Source of the DNA: Callorhinchus milii
Taxonomy: Eukaryota
Direction of reading: 5' to 3'
Assembly (NCBI RefSeq): GCF_018977255.1
Contig: NW_024704742.1
Location: 79,486,001 to 79,550,000 of the forward strand
DNA length: 64,000 nucleotides
A model generated the notes under the pieces. That model was not told where the DNA came from, searched no databases, and worked only from the letters and a program-made list of their open reading frames with translations. The position numbers and the translations under genes were made by a program. Of this stretch, positions 27,365 to 39,510 are shown in pieces (within the stretch, counting starts at the first letter, position 1; every line of letters begins with the position of its first letter).

Positions 27365-27693
27365 TTTAATAATAATAATAATAATAATCCTTGCATTTGA
27401 TGTAGCGCTTTTCACGTCGGAGGACGTTCCAAAGCGCTTCACAGAACACACTGTAAAGTGAATTGACTGTATATTTGTGGGCGAACGCGGCAGCCAAGTG
27501 CGCACAGCAATGTCCCACAAACAGTCGTGGATTGAAAATGACCAATTTATTATTGTTTTTGGTTTTGGAGGGATTATTATTAGGCGTGTGGAGTAAGGAA
27601 ACTTGCCCAAGGTTTCGCCCTGACCTGCCTGGGATTGAACTCAGGTCTCTCGCTTGTAAAGCGAGTGCTCTAACCACTGAGCTACAGGACTCC
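27365..27693 (-). mobile_element. Young SINE (short form) nested in CR1
   Basis: Complete copy; possible GTATTT duplication in the flanks. Confidence 0.95.
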
Positions 27694-27885
27694 ACAACTG
27701 TATTTTCCCTACAACTGACGTCAAGCTGACAAGTCTATATTTTCCTGGTTTCTCCCTTCCTCCCTTCTTAAATAAGGGGGTGACAGTCACAATTTTCCAA
27801 TCTACGGCACAATTCCCGAATCTAGTGAGCTTTGGAAAAATTATAACGAATGCATCTGCAATTTCCTCTTCTATTACCTTTAACA

Positions 27886-28137
27886 ACCTTCAGCCACTCT
27901 GCCCTCAACCTCTGGAATTCCATCCCCCAGTCACTCCGCCTCACCCCCTCCTTAGCCTCCTTCAAGTCCCGACTCAAGACCCTCCTCTTCGACCATGCCA
28001 TTGGTCAACCCCCTTCCCCTCCCCTCTCCCCCCCCGACCCCAGCTTGGGTCTGAAATTCTGTACTCTGTCCAGCGCCTTGGGACGTCCTCCCGACGTGAA
28101 AGGTGCTATACAAATGTAATCTTGTTGTTGTTGTTGT
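27886..28137 (+). mobile_element. L2 3' fragment nested in CR1
   Basis: LWNSIPQSLR..SFKSRLKTLLF and a (GTT)n tail. Confidence 0.9.
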
Positions 28138-29215
28138 ACTGAAATCTTTCCTTTCCACTGCTGTAATAGTGTCTTTTATCAAGTGTGCTACTCCTCCTTT
28201 CTTAATGTCCCTGTCTTTTCTAAAGATCTTATAGCCTGTAATATTAGCTCCCAGTCCTGCCCAGCTTGTAACCAGGTCTCTGCAATTGCTACTACATCAT
28301 ACCCTTTAAGCTGATTTTGTGCTTCTAACTCATTTGTTTTATTTCTTATGCTATGTGCATTTGTATACATAACTCTTATTTGGGTAACTGTCCCCAACAT
28401 GCTTATATGCCTGACAATTTTCTTCTTACACTTTCTTACTTGTTACACCATTTGTGATAACTTCCCATTGCCTTTTTCTTTCCTATAGTATTTATGTTAT
28501 CTTTATCACTATTTGTATTCTGATCATTGCTCTCATCCTCTCCTTGCCTTATGTTTTGGTTTCCACCCGACCTTCCCCCCTCCCCCTCCCCACTTATTGG
28601 TTTAAAGGTTTTCCTACAGTCATATTGACTGCTACATTTCTCTACAAATATTGTCACTTCATTCTACAGTAAATTTGATGTTTTGATGATGTGATAAGCT
28701 ATTATATTAAATGCAAGAACAATTATATTATTAATATTATTATGTTATAGACAGCATTGTGTGCCCAATGAGAGATTAATCTAACATTGGATCAAATTGA
28801 AAGGCAAATTTACTTCTCTCATTGCTGACATGATAAGGGATTATTTCCCAAGAATTCCTCCTCTTATCTATAACTCTCTGAATAACAATCCTCCAGATAA
28901 ATGAGTCATTCACCCCAAAACTGTTTGTAGGATTTTGCTGCACTCATAATGGCTATAATATTTCCCCACAAAAGAAAATCACCATTACACTTGACACAAA
29001 TTGCTATAAAATGTTTTTATGAGTTTTGACATTTAAAATGCAATGAAACTGGAGGATCGCTGGCCAGCAAAGTCTCTTTTTGTTCAATGTCATAGGAACT
29101 TGAGCATGCACTTGAAAACAGGAGGCCAGGACATTAGTTTAATGACTCATCAGAAGAATCACTTGAATAAAGAAGCACAAGTGTTCTTTTTCACATGTTT
29201 CCATTTTTTTAACAG

Positions 29216-29308
29216 TTTCCAAGGAAGTTGGTCGCATGAACTTTCACTGAACTTTCTCTTTGAGCACAGCCCCTATTAAACTATACAAGCCCTCAACCTA
29301 CTTTGTAG
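29216..29308 (+). other. Candidate 93-nt non-coding exon
   Basis: Acceptor tttccattttttttaacAG and donor TAG|GTAAGA; stops in all three frames. Confidence 0.35.
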
Positions 29309-30484
29309 GTAAGAAGCTCTATTGTGAGTTTCTTGGCCTAAAATATTAACTGAGTATTGATTATTGAAGCCTCATATCACTCACTCACCCTGAAGACTTT
29401 CATTAAAAAGGCACTGATTGATCTCCTTGCAGCAGCCTTGATTCCTGACCTTGTAATGTTACCGTCAAACTTGTCAGTGGGAGGATTTATTTGACTGCAA
29501 GTAACAATCTACATTATTTAGCACTTCTCATGTTAGGAGGATATCTCAAAGCACTTTACAGAGTGAACTGGAAACCCGAGCTGAAGCGGGGAGGAGAAAG
29601 GTGTCCAAAAGCATGGTCAAAAAGATGGGTCAAAACTATATTGGCATTGTTAGAATTATCTAGGTCCCTCTTTTTAAAGGCTGTGATACTCTCACCATGT
29701 ATCAGCTCTCTCAGTACAAAGTGTGGAATAAACCTGCCAGCCTTCTGGAACACTCAATACCAAAAGATAATTTCTAACATTTGCTAAAGTCATATCGCTT
29801 TGAATCACAAATGTCAGATTTTAATACATTAACAGTTGGGTTATCTGCCTTTGGAAACATTTGCTCTAATCGAATGTCACATCTCAACCTTTTCGTAAAT
29901 TTCATGAAATTCCCAAAAGCAAACTATCTCAGGACGTGGCAATTTGAAGAGAGAATTAAATAGGTATTCGTTGGCAATGGGCATTGAGGGTGTTAGGAAT
30001 AAAGAGCAATGATAATTAAAGTGAGGAACTCACTGCCAGAAGTAAAAAGCATCAATGCAATTAAGAGAAAACTTGTTGCATATATGAGGGAGAAGGGAAT
30101 AGAGGAGTATAGGTGAGGGGAATAAGAGGGGTACTTACAAACACCAGCACAGATAATTTGGGCCAAATAGTCTATTTCCATTCAGAATCACTCCATGCAA
30201 CTCTATGCGAAAATTGGGTCTGAGCAGATATTTAGAATAATTTTTAAATCATGAAAAAATGATCGTGTATAAATATAAAGAAAATAAGTTCAGGATATCC
30301 ATTCCTTGATATTCAAGTTCTGACATTTCTATTTCATTTTGCTCTTGGGCAGGGAACTTTTTTGAACTATTCACTTCTATTATGATACTTTGAGACCATC
30401 CCCTTGTTAAACTTACTGACTCTTGCTTTGATTGCTATTCTTACTCTCTTAATTGCAAACTTATATTTTATATACATATATAAA

Positions 30485-30915
30485 ATAAGCCTTGCATTTG
30501 ATACAGATTATAACATTACAACATTTCAAAGTGCTTCTGTTTCTTGTAGAGTGGCGTGTGGTGACTCCATATTTGTAAGCAAATAACATCAGCCAATTTG
30601 CAAACAGCAGTGCCCCACAATCAGCCATGAAGTGAATGAACAATATTTTTTACTGGAGGAATTTTGGCCCAGACACTAGGAAACTTCATTCTCTTTTTGA
30701 AAAGTCCAATTGGATATTAAACATTCACAAAACAGGCAGACTGCACTTCAGTTTAATGGTCTCATCCAAAAAACAGCACCTCCAAAAATGCAGTACTTCC
30801 TCAACAATTTATTGGAGTGTCAACCTAGACTATGAGCTCAAAGTCTCGATGTGGGGTTTGAACCCACAACCTTCTGATTCAGAGGAGAGAATACTATCAA
30901 TTGAATCAGGCTGAC
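30485..30915 (-). mobile_element. Old DeuSINE relic
   Basis: Reverse-complement match to the 14308 family; head at ttgaacccacaaccttctgattcagagg. Confidence 0.7.
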
Positions 30916-32733
30916 ATCTAATTTGGGATAAATTCTTCCTTAATTCCTCTTTACAAGCTCATTTGGGACTTGTTTTCTCAGATGAGTTTCAAGGCTTCAA
31001 AAAGATAATCTCTCAGTTGTTTGCAAAATTAATTAACATAGTACTAATTGTATTTGTTTGCAGCTTCTGTTATTTGCTACATTTGCAGTAGTTGTAAAAT
31101 GGTTAATTGTGATTTCTGGAAGCCAAACAATTTGGAGGTTTTGAAGGCACTGCTTAAAAAGAAAAGAGAGTATATTTACCTTTTTTGTTGGACCTTGGTG
31201 TTTTTGTTTAGAAATCACAATGAAGCATTTTATGAATATGAAAAAGGACATAACATTTGCAAATCATAAAAGAAACCTGAAATTTGTGCTTGTGAATATC
31301 ACAAATTAGAGCCTGAAGCATTGCAATCTTACTATCCGACCATTCAGACAACTAGTCTCCTTGGGGTACTGTGAGCTCAGACCAATTAAACAGTGTCATG
31401 CAAGGCTGAGAACGGTAATTTTATTGCTGTCTTGTATGCCTCAGTGGTAACCTTTCCTGAGTGCTGTACCTGCCAGTCCCATCTGAAAGAAAAGCTATCA
31501 TCAGCAATATAACTTGAAAGAGAGAGCTAATTAAGCACATGTTCACTGTAGAGTTTCCTTGTGGATTTTTTCTGCACTTGTAACATATAACTCAGGGACA
31601 GCCTTGATGTTCCGAAATACATAACACCCTGAAGTTATGCCAACTCTTCAGAAATCCTTATTGAATCTCATACATTTGTAAGAATGTGTGTACTGTGAAT
31701 ATGCACGAACTGCATCTTTAGTCTCCCACATTCTATCTTTTACAACTGAAGGCATTTTGTGCAACACTCAACCTAATTTCACCATGTGAAGCGCTATTCC
31801 AACAGACAGTGACTTAAAGAATGGACGGTTGGCAACCAAAAGCATGGCTCCTGTAACCCGACAAGCCAAAGCCCCAATGGTTAGGGTGGTCCTAGCTGGA
31901 TAAGCAACAACAAAACCTTGTCAATCAGAGTTCTATTGGCAAACTGTGCAGTTTTAACCGGTTAGACACCAATCCATACTCTGGGAACCCCAAGCCTTGA
32001 CTTTTGGCAACCTGAGCCTAATAACTTCCGGAAATAGATAAGATGAGTCTGAGTGCACGTGCCATTTCAGATACAGGGAAGCCTCAGTTAGCTGGGCATT
32101 GACGCTCTTAAGCATAGTAATGACATGATTGAATAATCTTCCAGTGTAAGCTTTTCTCTGAACACATCTATCTGATTTTGAGGATGAAAATGCAATATTC
32201 AATGTGTTAATAGTGTAGTCACCCCCAGATTGGGAATATCTAGGGGGTAATCCTTCAAAAAAAATTAAATAATAATTTGATCATTTAATCCATGACAGTT
32301 TATGGGGCACTGCTATGCTCAATTGGCTGACGGTTTTGCCCACAAAACATATACAATCAATTCACTTTACAATACTGTGAAGTGCTTTGGGGCATCTCGA
32401 AGACGTGATAAGGAGCTATATCAAATAATAAAGATTATTATTATATTCTGTGAAGACCTTTGAGATGTCTGGAAGACGCGATAAGGCAATATATCAAATG
32501 CAAGGATTATTATATTATTATATTGCATTTTCAACCTCATCATGCCTGCTGTTAAACTGCATTATTTTAGGCTAAATTCAATTAGAAAACCATTTTTTTC
32601 CTCAAATATTCAGAGCTACTTGATAAAGCTATTAATTCCAGTCAAGAAGACATAAATAAAGCTTCATAAACTCATTATTATATACGTCACTATAGATTCA
32701 TCCGCAATCTTGTACTATTCTGTACTTGATCAT

Positions 32734-33116
32734 TATAATAATAATAATAATATTAATGCTTACATTTGATATAGATCTTTTCATATCTTCTAGACATCTC
32801 AAAGCGCTTCACAGAATACACTGTAAAGTGAATTGACTGTATATTTCTGGGCGAAACCCAGCAGCCGATTGCGTACAACAGTATTCCATAAATAGTCATA
32901 GATTGAGTAACCAAATTATTATTGTTTTTTTTTGTTTGTTTTTTGAGGGATTATTATCCCCGGAAAAGCGATCCGCCAATCAACTAACAACTGGATTCCT
33001 ACTTCCTGCTACGTAAACAGAGGGGTGTGGAGTAAGGATACTTGCTCAACATTTCGCCCTACCCAGGTCTCTCGCTTGCGAGGCAAGTGCTCCAACCACT
33101 GAGATACAGGACTCCA
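32734..33116 (-). mobile_element. Young SINE (long form)
   Basis: Tail, core, long-form insert and head ending in ggactcc. Confidence 0.9.
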
Positions 33117-33319
33117 CGATTATGTACCAATTACAGTACAGGAAAGAGAGGGAGAGCAGTGTGACTAATATTTGCTGATGTGCCTTGTATAATCTACTTT
33201 AGGGTGACTGTTACTCAGCTACAAGCCAGGATTTGGCATGTGACAGACACTTATTATCTTTGTTGATATGCAACATTCAAAATATACACTTTTCTCTGGT
33301 TTAATAAACATGGAGCACT

Positions 33320-33500
33320 GATTGTGTGGTGCCGTGGGTTACATTACCCTTTCGTAATGTGCAGGCACCAAATCTGCTTACTCTGATGGCATGAAAGTCT
33401 CTCAAGTCTTTTAGCTTGTAATAAATCTACAAGAAATATGTTTGAGGAGTTTCAACCAGTGAGAGCTCAAACGTTCAAAATGTCCATTAATGAGGCTCAA
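33320..33500 (+). mobile_element. LF-SINE-like relic
   Basis: ctgatggcatgaaagtctct...gaaatatgtttgaggagtttcaaccagt resembles the LF-SINE consensus as remembered, and the copy at 54250. Confidence 0.45.
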
Positions 33501-33544
33501 AATTGATAATTGCACTAAAAGATCAGAGGATGGCTGGTGNAAAA

Positions 33545-33977
33545 ATAATAATAAATAAATAATAATTTAGAGTAGCACCTTTTCCATTGAGAGGATGTCC
33601 TAAAGGGATTCACAGAATGTACAGTGAAGTGCCTACTTTGTAGGTATATGTGGCAGACAATTTGCACACAGCAATGTCCCACAAAGAGCTGTGAAGTGAG
33701 TGACCTATTTTATTTGGGGGATTATCGGCAGCACAGTAAGAGAAACTCCCTTCTCTTTTTGAATAGTGTCATGAGATCTTTAATATCTACCTTAACAGGT
33801 GGGACCTTGATTTCATGTTTCATCTGAAGGATGGAGCCTCCAACAACCCAGCATATCCCAGGACTGCATTGGAGTGTCAACCTAGACTTTATGAGTTCAA
33901 AGTTCCACCATAGGGCTTGAATCCACAAACATCTAGACTTAGAGGTGAGAATGTTACCAACTAAACCAGACTGACAT
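33545..33977 (-). mobile_element. Old DeuSINE relic
   Basis: Same motif series as 30485-30915. Confidence 0.7.
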
Positions 33978-34544
33978 AATCTCCTTCCCCAGATTGACAT
34001 ATTGCTTTAATTCCCATTTTTATGCTTGATAGACTTGCTCAGGGATCGGATCATTGAATCCACTACGGAGAGTTAATTTAACAATATTGTCATTTAGCCA
34101 CCTCAGATGTAGGTGGGCTCCAAAAAGACTTGAATTATATATTCCCCCACCTGTTCTGCATCTAACCAAGCTATTCCTAGTATTGACCCAGTATTCATTA
34201 TGCTGGGATTCTAAATTGGGAAAAGGCCCCTACTCACAGTATCTCACATCTTATTGAATGTATGTGAAAAAACTGACATCCAAGAATTATCTTACAATTC
34301 ATGTCAATAGACAGAGAGCCAACCCCTTCAAGTGTGTTTTTTTAAAACACAAAGCTCAAGTTTTTCCTCTGCAATTTTCTAATTCTGGACTTCAGTGAAC
34401 TACATTGTAATGGTTTGACTGGATATTATTATAAGATTAGACTTCTATTAGAAATTGCTTCATACTAGGCATTGACTTCCATCGCATTGATGGAGGTACA
34501 AAAATCACTGAACACTTTATAAAATGGATCTCACTTCATAAAAT

Positions 34545-35530
34545 GAACCCACCTACAGATGGAAATTCTGAGATATTTATTGGAATGCCCACTCTCTACC
34601 TGGAGGGACATGTCTTGCTTACCTAATTCCAGAGAGTATCAAGTCCAGGTTGGCAAGAGTCAAAGATTGGAGACCCAAGAGTGTGTGTTGGGGAATTTTT
34701 GGAGTCTAACCAGCTAAAACCAAATGGCTTATCATTGAAAGTGCTGTCTGCCAAGCTTTCTCACTGATTTTCCAGCTAGGATCATCATACCCATTAGGGC
34801 TTTGCTTTGCAGGGTTAAGAGGAGGCAAGTGGATTGAAAGCCTACCTCCAGTGACTATGTTATCAGCAGTTCTCTGGAGTATTGTGGACCAGCCTAGCTC
34901 AGGAACTGGACTACTGAGACTGCCACAGGGGGCTGTCAATTCTGATATTCCGTTGGTAAACATGACTCCAATGGAGCTCCACAAGTGCCCCAATGACCTT
35001 CCAAGTAGGGTAGTCACGAGTTAGTCATTTGACATTTGACACCCAAAAGAATGAGTTTCACTTGGTGCATGGTAGGTACCAGGGACTCCCTGCGAGCTTC
35101 ACGATAGGCAACACAGCTCAGTATAAGTGTGTGAGATCATTGACACCATCTTCCTGTCCACAGCTTGACCACTTATGCCTTCCCATTGAATGATGGTTCT
35201 ACCAGTTGGCTTGCAGCTGCTTACTTCACTGCAAACCAGTCAAGATGGGTCCCAAGCCCTGTATATATGAACATGGGTCTGCAAACTTGGACTCCAGGTA
35301 GCTTCCAGCAGCCATCACCCCAAATCTCAGAGTTTCCACATCACTATCTAGTAAGAAGACTTTTAGGGGACAGCTTGTGATATAACACTTGGATGTTCTC
35401 AAGGACCAAGTCCAATGCCACAAACCAAGTTTACTCAGCACCAGTTTCTTAATCCAGGTTCTCCCATGCTCGCTGTGAAGACTACTCTGCCTCAAGGTGC
35501 TCAGCAACAGGTTAGTGTAGGCCCGAGCCC
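34545..35530. repeat. Unclassified dispersed repeat (homologous to 51900-52430 and 7199-7290)
   Basis: Shared collinear blocks: cccacctacagatggaaatt..gatatttattggaatg, caggttggcaaga, ccagtgact and gctcaggaactgga.tactga. The right boundary is uncertain. Confidence 0.6.
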
Positions 35531-36119
35531 TCCCTCCCTGCAGCTACTTCCCCCAATTCCTACAAATCCACCTCACTGCTTGATCCTGAACTTTACAAAG
35601 GACCTGACGAAATCTCTCTGCTGTACACCATGGAGGGCATTTTATGGTTTGACGAGAGCAATGTCAATTTTAATTATAACCCACCACCATGAGTCCCTCT
35701 TACATGTTCAGGTACTGTTTCCCCTTCTCTCTTTCTCTCACTCAAAAATAAAATACATTGCTGTCGGCAGAGATATTAAAACAATCACTTCCTTAAGGTG
35801 GTGCTTGATGGTCCTGAGGACCGTAGCTCCGCCTCATTCACTGTTGAAGTCGATGGATACAGTCGGTGACAGTACAGGTGAATGTGGCGTGAGACTATCT
35901 GCCTCGATTATGGTTTCTACAATGCAGATGAGTGTTTCGTGTCTGAACACTGTAACTGCTTAACTACAATGAGCTGAAGATAGGAAACAAGTAGAGTGGT
36001 AAGAATCTAAAAATACGCACTTATGTGCAGTTCTTATTTCAACTGGCAGGACAATTGTTTTCGCAAGTGAGAGTTTGAACCAGCAGTGGAGATTAGTGAG
36101 AGATCTGATACAGGTACAA

Positions 36120-36300
36120 TATAAGGCTAGCGAGAGAGAAGAAAGAAATTGAAAGAGGCGAGACACAGGCAGACGCAGACGGAAAAATAATGGCTGGTGC
36201 CGTGTGTGTGTTGATGGGAGGGGAAGGGGCGGGGAGGAGAGCTGAAAGAAAAAAAGCAGCACGGTGTGGAATTCTATCGACAGTCTAACTCTTGGTGAGG
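36120..36300 (+). promoter_or_regulatory. Possible promoter or first exon: GC box, purine tract, local CpGs, downstream donor
   Basis: GGGGCGGGG at ~36226-36234 and TTG|GTGAGG at 36294/36295. Confidence 0.25.
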
Positions 36301-37142
36301 GAAGTTTTTGTTCAGTACTGCACATTGTATATCATGTGACGATCTGAATTTATGTACAAAATGGGACCAGTCACAATCAATATACGTCTCTCGATTCTCT
36401 ATACTGTGATTTCATTCGTGAAGCAAATGGTTATCTGAGCTATGCCGAAATATCCAGTAGTTATTGAGAGAATCTCAAATATCCTACAAGATTTGCACTG
36501 ATGGTCACACATCTGTCATTTGCACCTAGGAAAATAACAATAACAGGTCGATCGTAAAATGAAGTCACGCACAAATCTTTATCATTATAGTGCAAAACAA
36601 TGTTACCCATTGTTTCACTTCAAGTAATACTGACATGCTGCAGAAAATAGGTTGTCAACACTGATACATCTGTGTGAAACCACTTCTGACAGGTCAGAGC
36701 ATCCCACAGTTGAAACACAGTGTTTAAATACATTACCCAGGGCTTCAGGTAGTTCTATTATTTCACTCGCTCCATAGGACTTTTCTACCACAGAATGGAC
36801 CTCCAGCTTTGACATCTGTTATGCCCTCATAATCATTCATAAGATTAGGTTTCTCTGTGATTGAAGCCGCAGTTGAGCTCCATTAATTGTACAACTATCA
36901 CAGTGCAGCCAATGGATATTTTGCTTTGTGGTAAAGGTACCATGGGGGCCTGTAGATGTGCCAGTACTACATGAATTATAGCAAAACACTGGGAAATGGA
37001 AGGCATTCCTGTATCAGATGCCCACATCAAGCACTCCCAGGTCAGACATTGTGCAATGGTTGTAAAGCTCCCTCTTCTCAATATGGCTCAGTGCCAACTT
37101 TAGAAAATCCACCTAATTGACACACGGCTCATTAGTCATCCT

Positions 37143-37360
37143 GGGCCCAAAATTTCACCCTGTCTTCGCTTGTAAGACCAGAATGTCTTGAAATTTAAGA
37201 TGGTGTACATTTGTGAAAATATCTTCAGCCTTAATTCAGAATTTTTGTTTAGTGTTACAGAAAAACGTCTTTCAGATCGAGACTGAATTTAAGGAATTTC
37301 CACAATCTGGAGTGATCTTAAATTTTAAGACATGACAGGCAAAGACTAGATGGAATTTGT
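37143..37360. mobile_element. Palindromic MITE-like element
   Basis: The left arm aaatttcaccctgtcttcgcttgt..atgtcttgaaatttaagat mirrors the right arm atcttaaattttaagacatgacaggcaaagactagatggaattt. Confidence 0.65.
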
Positions 37361-38021
37361 TTCTCACTTGAGTGAGATTGTCAAAAAAATGGCAAACTAA
37401 GGTTAGTTTCATGCTGATCAGAAATTGAGATCGAAACTACCAAAGCACATTGTACATTGAAAGTTTGCAGGCAATAGAAAGTGGAGACATTCATCCCATT
37501 TATCTAAGCTAAATTCAAACCCAAGTCCAAATGTTGAAGAACGAGTTTGCTAACCCACTGCACCAACGAATCCCCAAGACTACTTTTAAAAAGAATTCTG
37601 TAAATCTAGATGCATGTTTCAAGACAAAATGGGCCATATGCTAAGATCATAGGATTCATTTGGATGAAAAAGACCCTTTGGTCTCATCGCTCTGGATTAC
37701 CCAGCCTATCGTGCTCCCATCATTGCATCAAGCTGATTTTAAAAGGACAAAGAAAAAGTGGATAAAGAAAAACTTCCTGGAATTGCCCTTTGCAACTCTG
37801 AGCCGATGTTACCTTGTTCTGCTGTCCTGGTGCATCCTACCTGTAATGACACAGCTTGTCATGTCCTTCAGACTCTTAGGCTACCAGAAAATGAGGCAAG
37901 TCATTTTGAGTTTTATTTCTGGCCAACCACAGCACCATAGCACTGTAGAATGCACAACCTTTTTTGCTCCATCAGAATGCAACATAAATTGCTTCAATCA
38001 GCCTGCTGCAATATTTATTCG

Positions 38022-38342
38022 TGGAGTCCTGTAGCTCAGTGGTTAGAGCACTCGCTTTGCAAGTGAGAGACCCGAGTTCAATTCCAGGCAGAGCGAAACC
38101 TTGGGCAAGTCTCCTAACTCCACACGCCTGATAATAATCCCCACAAAAAAACAAAACAATAATAAATTGGTCATTTTCAATACATGACTGTTTCTGGGAC
38201 ATTGCTGTGCGCAATTGGCTGCCGCGTTTGCCCACAAATATACAGTCAATTCACTTTACAGTATATTCTGTGAAGCGCTTTGGGACGTCTAGAAGACGTG
38301 AAAAGCACTATATCAAATGCAAGGATTATTATTATTATTATT
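38022..38342 (+). mobile_element. Young SINE (short form)
   Basis: Complete copy. Confidence 0.95.
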
Positions 38343-38448
38343 CAGTGCAAAATCACACCCTGTTCTTCTCAAGTTATGTCTATTTAGTGATATTTAGTGT
38401 TATTTATTGAGCAAATAAATCACACAGTGCAGGACAGCTGACTTACTG

Positions 38449-38860
38449 AAGGCAAAATATGCAGATGCTAGAAATCTGAAACAAAAACAGAAGTCGCTGG
38501 GAACACTCAGCAGGTCAGGCAGCATCTATGGAGAAAGGAAAATTAGTCAACCTTTCGGGTCCACGACCCTTCATCAGAACTGGGGCATGTTGGGAGGGAG
38601 AGACTTTTAAGGACTAACAGAAAATGGGGAGCAGGACAAGGAAGACAAAGGAGAAAATGGGGTAGAGGACAGGGGATGATGGGTTAAATAGGTGTTAATT
38701 ATGCAAAAGAAAAGGGGGATTCCAACAAAACAGGGGAAAAGACAGAAACAAGGGGTGGGGGGAAACTGACCTTTTGTAATGCTGAGAGGGGAGGGAAAGA
38801 TATGCTTAGTGGTTGGATCACGCTGGAGGTGCCGGAAATGGTTGAGAATTATTTGTTGGA
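38449..38860 (-). mobile_element. Penelope-like element, inverted segment (RT-EN linker plus 3' terminal region)
   Basis: Linker FQQIILNHFRHLQRDPTTKHIFPSP; terminal region tctgatgaagggtc..gacccgaaa..agatgctgcctgacctgctgagt..ccagc. Confidence 0.85.
38544..38582 (-). ncRNA. Degenerate minimal type-I hammerhead ribozyme (Penelope-associated)
   Basis: Minus strand reads cagtt-CTGATGA-a-gggtc-gtg-gaccc-GAAA-g-GTT-gacta. Both core boxes and stem II are intact; the stem III C is replaced by G. Confidence 0.7.
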
Positions 38861-39510
38861 AACTCGCCTCCCCTCTTAGCATTCCAATGGGACCTTTCCC
38901 TCCATGACTTCCTGGTTTATTCCTCCATCACCACCACCAGTTGCTTTCCTCCTCTCGGCACCTTCCCATGCCAGTACAGGAGATGCAATACTTGTCCTTT
39001 CACCTCCTCCCATACCGCTGTCCAGGGTCCCAAACACAGATTATAAGTGAGACGGTGATTTACATGTAATACCACTAATGTAGTTCACTGCATTCGCTGC
39101 TCATGATGTGGTCTCATTTACATTGGGGAGATGAAACACAGATTGGGTGATCGATTTGCCGAACACCTCCATTCTGTTCGCAAGCACAACCGTGAGCTTC
39201 CGGTTTCTTGCCACTTCAACTCTCCCTCCCACCCGCACTCTGACCTCTCCATTCACGGTCTCCTTCACTGTTCCAATGAACCACAGCGCAAGCTTGAGGA
39301 CCAGCACCTCATTTATCTGCCAGGGACCTTACAGCCCTCTGGTCTCAATATTGATTTCAACAATTTCAGACCATAACAGCTCACCTTTATACTCCCCCTC
39401 TTCTGTGATTGTTTCCACATCATCTGGGTCCCAGACACACATTTTCTCTCTCTGGTCTGTTTTGTTGCATTCCCCCCCTCCCCCCCCCCCCTTTGTTTCG
39501 CATTATTGAC
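38861..39510 (+). mobile_element. Penelope-like element GIY-YIG endonuclease region (pseudogenised)
   Basis: GTFPC..RRCNTC..FTCNTTNVVHCIRCS*CGLIYIGEMKHRLGDRFAEH..PVSCHFN..RKLEDQHLI..GTLQPSGLN. Confidence 0.92.

Larger units (their letters stand above)
25718..28620 (-). mobile_element. CR1 LINE relic (APE N-terminus, RT and 3' end) with a large internal loss and three nested inserts
   Basis: Motifs MYTNAHSIRNK..YDVVAIAETWL, VTPLFKKGGREKPGKYRLVSLTSVVGK, SQHGFVKRRLCLTNLVEFFEEV, DFQKACDKVPH and MEFNVGKCEVIH. A TTCCTATG octamer tail lies at ~25719-25740. Confidence 0.93.

Noticed and set aside
35415..35963. 182-aa plus-strand ORF
   Set aside because: It spans a repeat boundary and low-complexity sequence, with no protein motifs.
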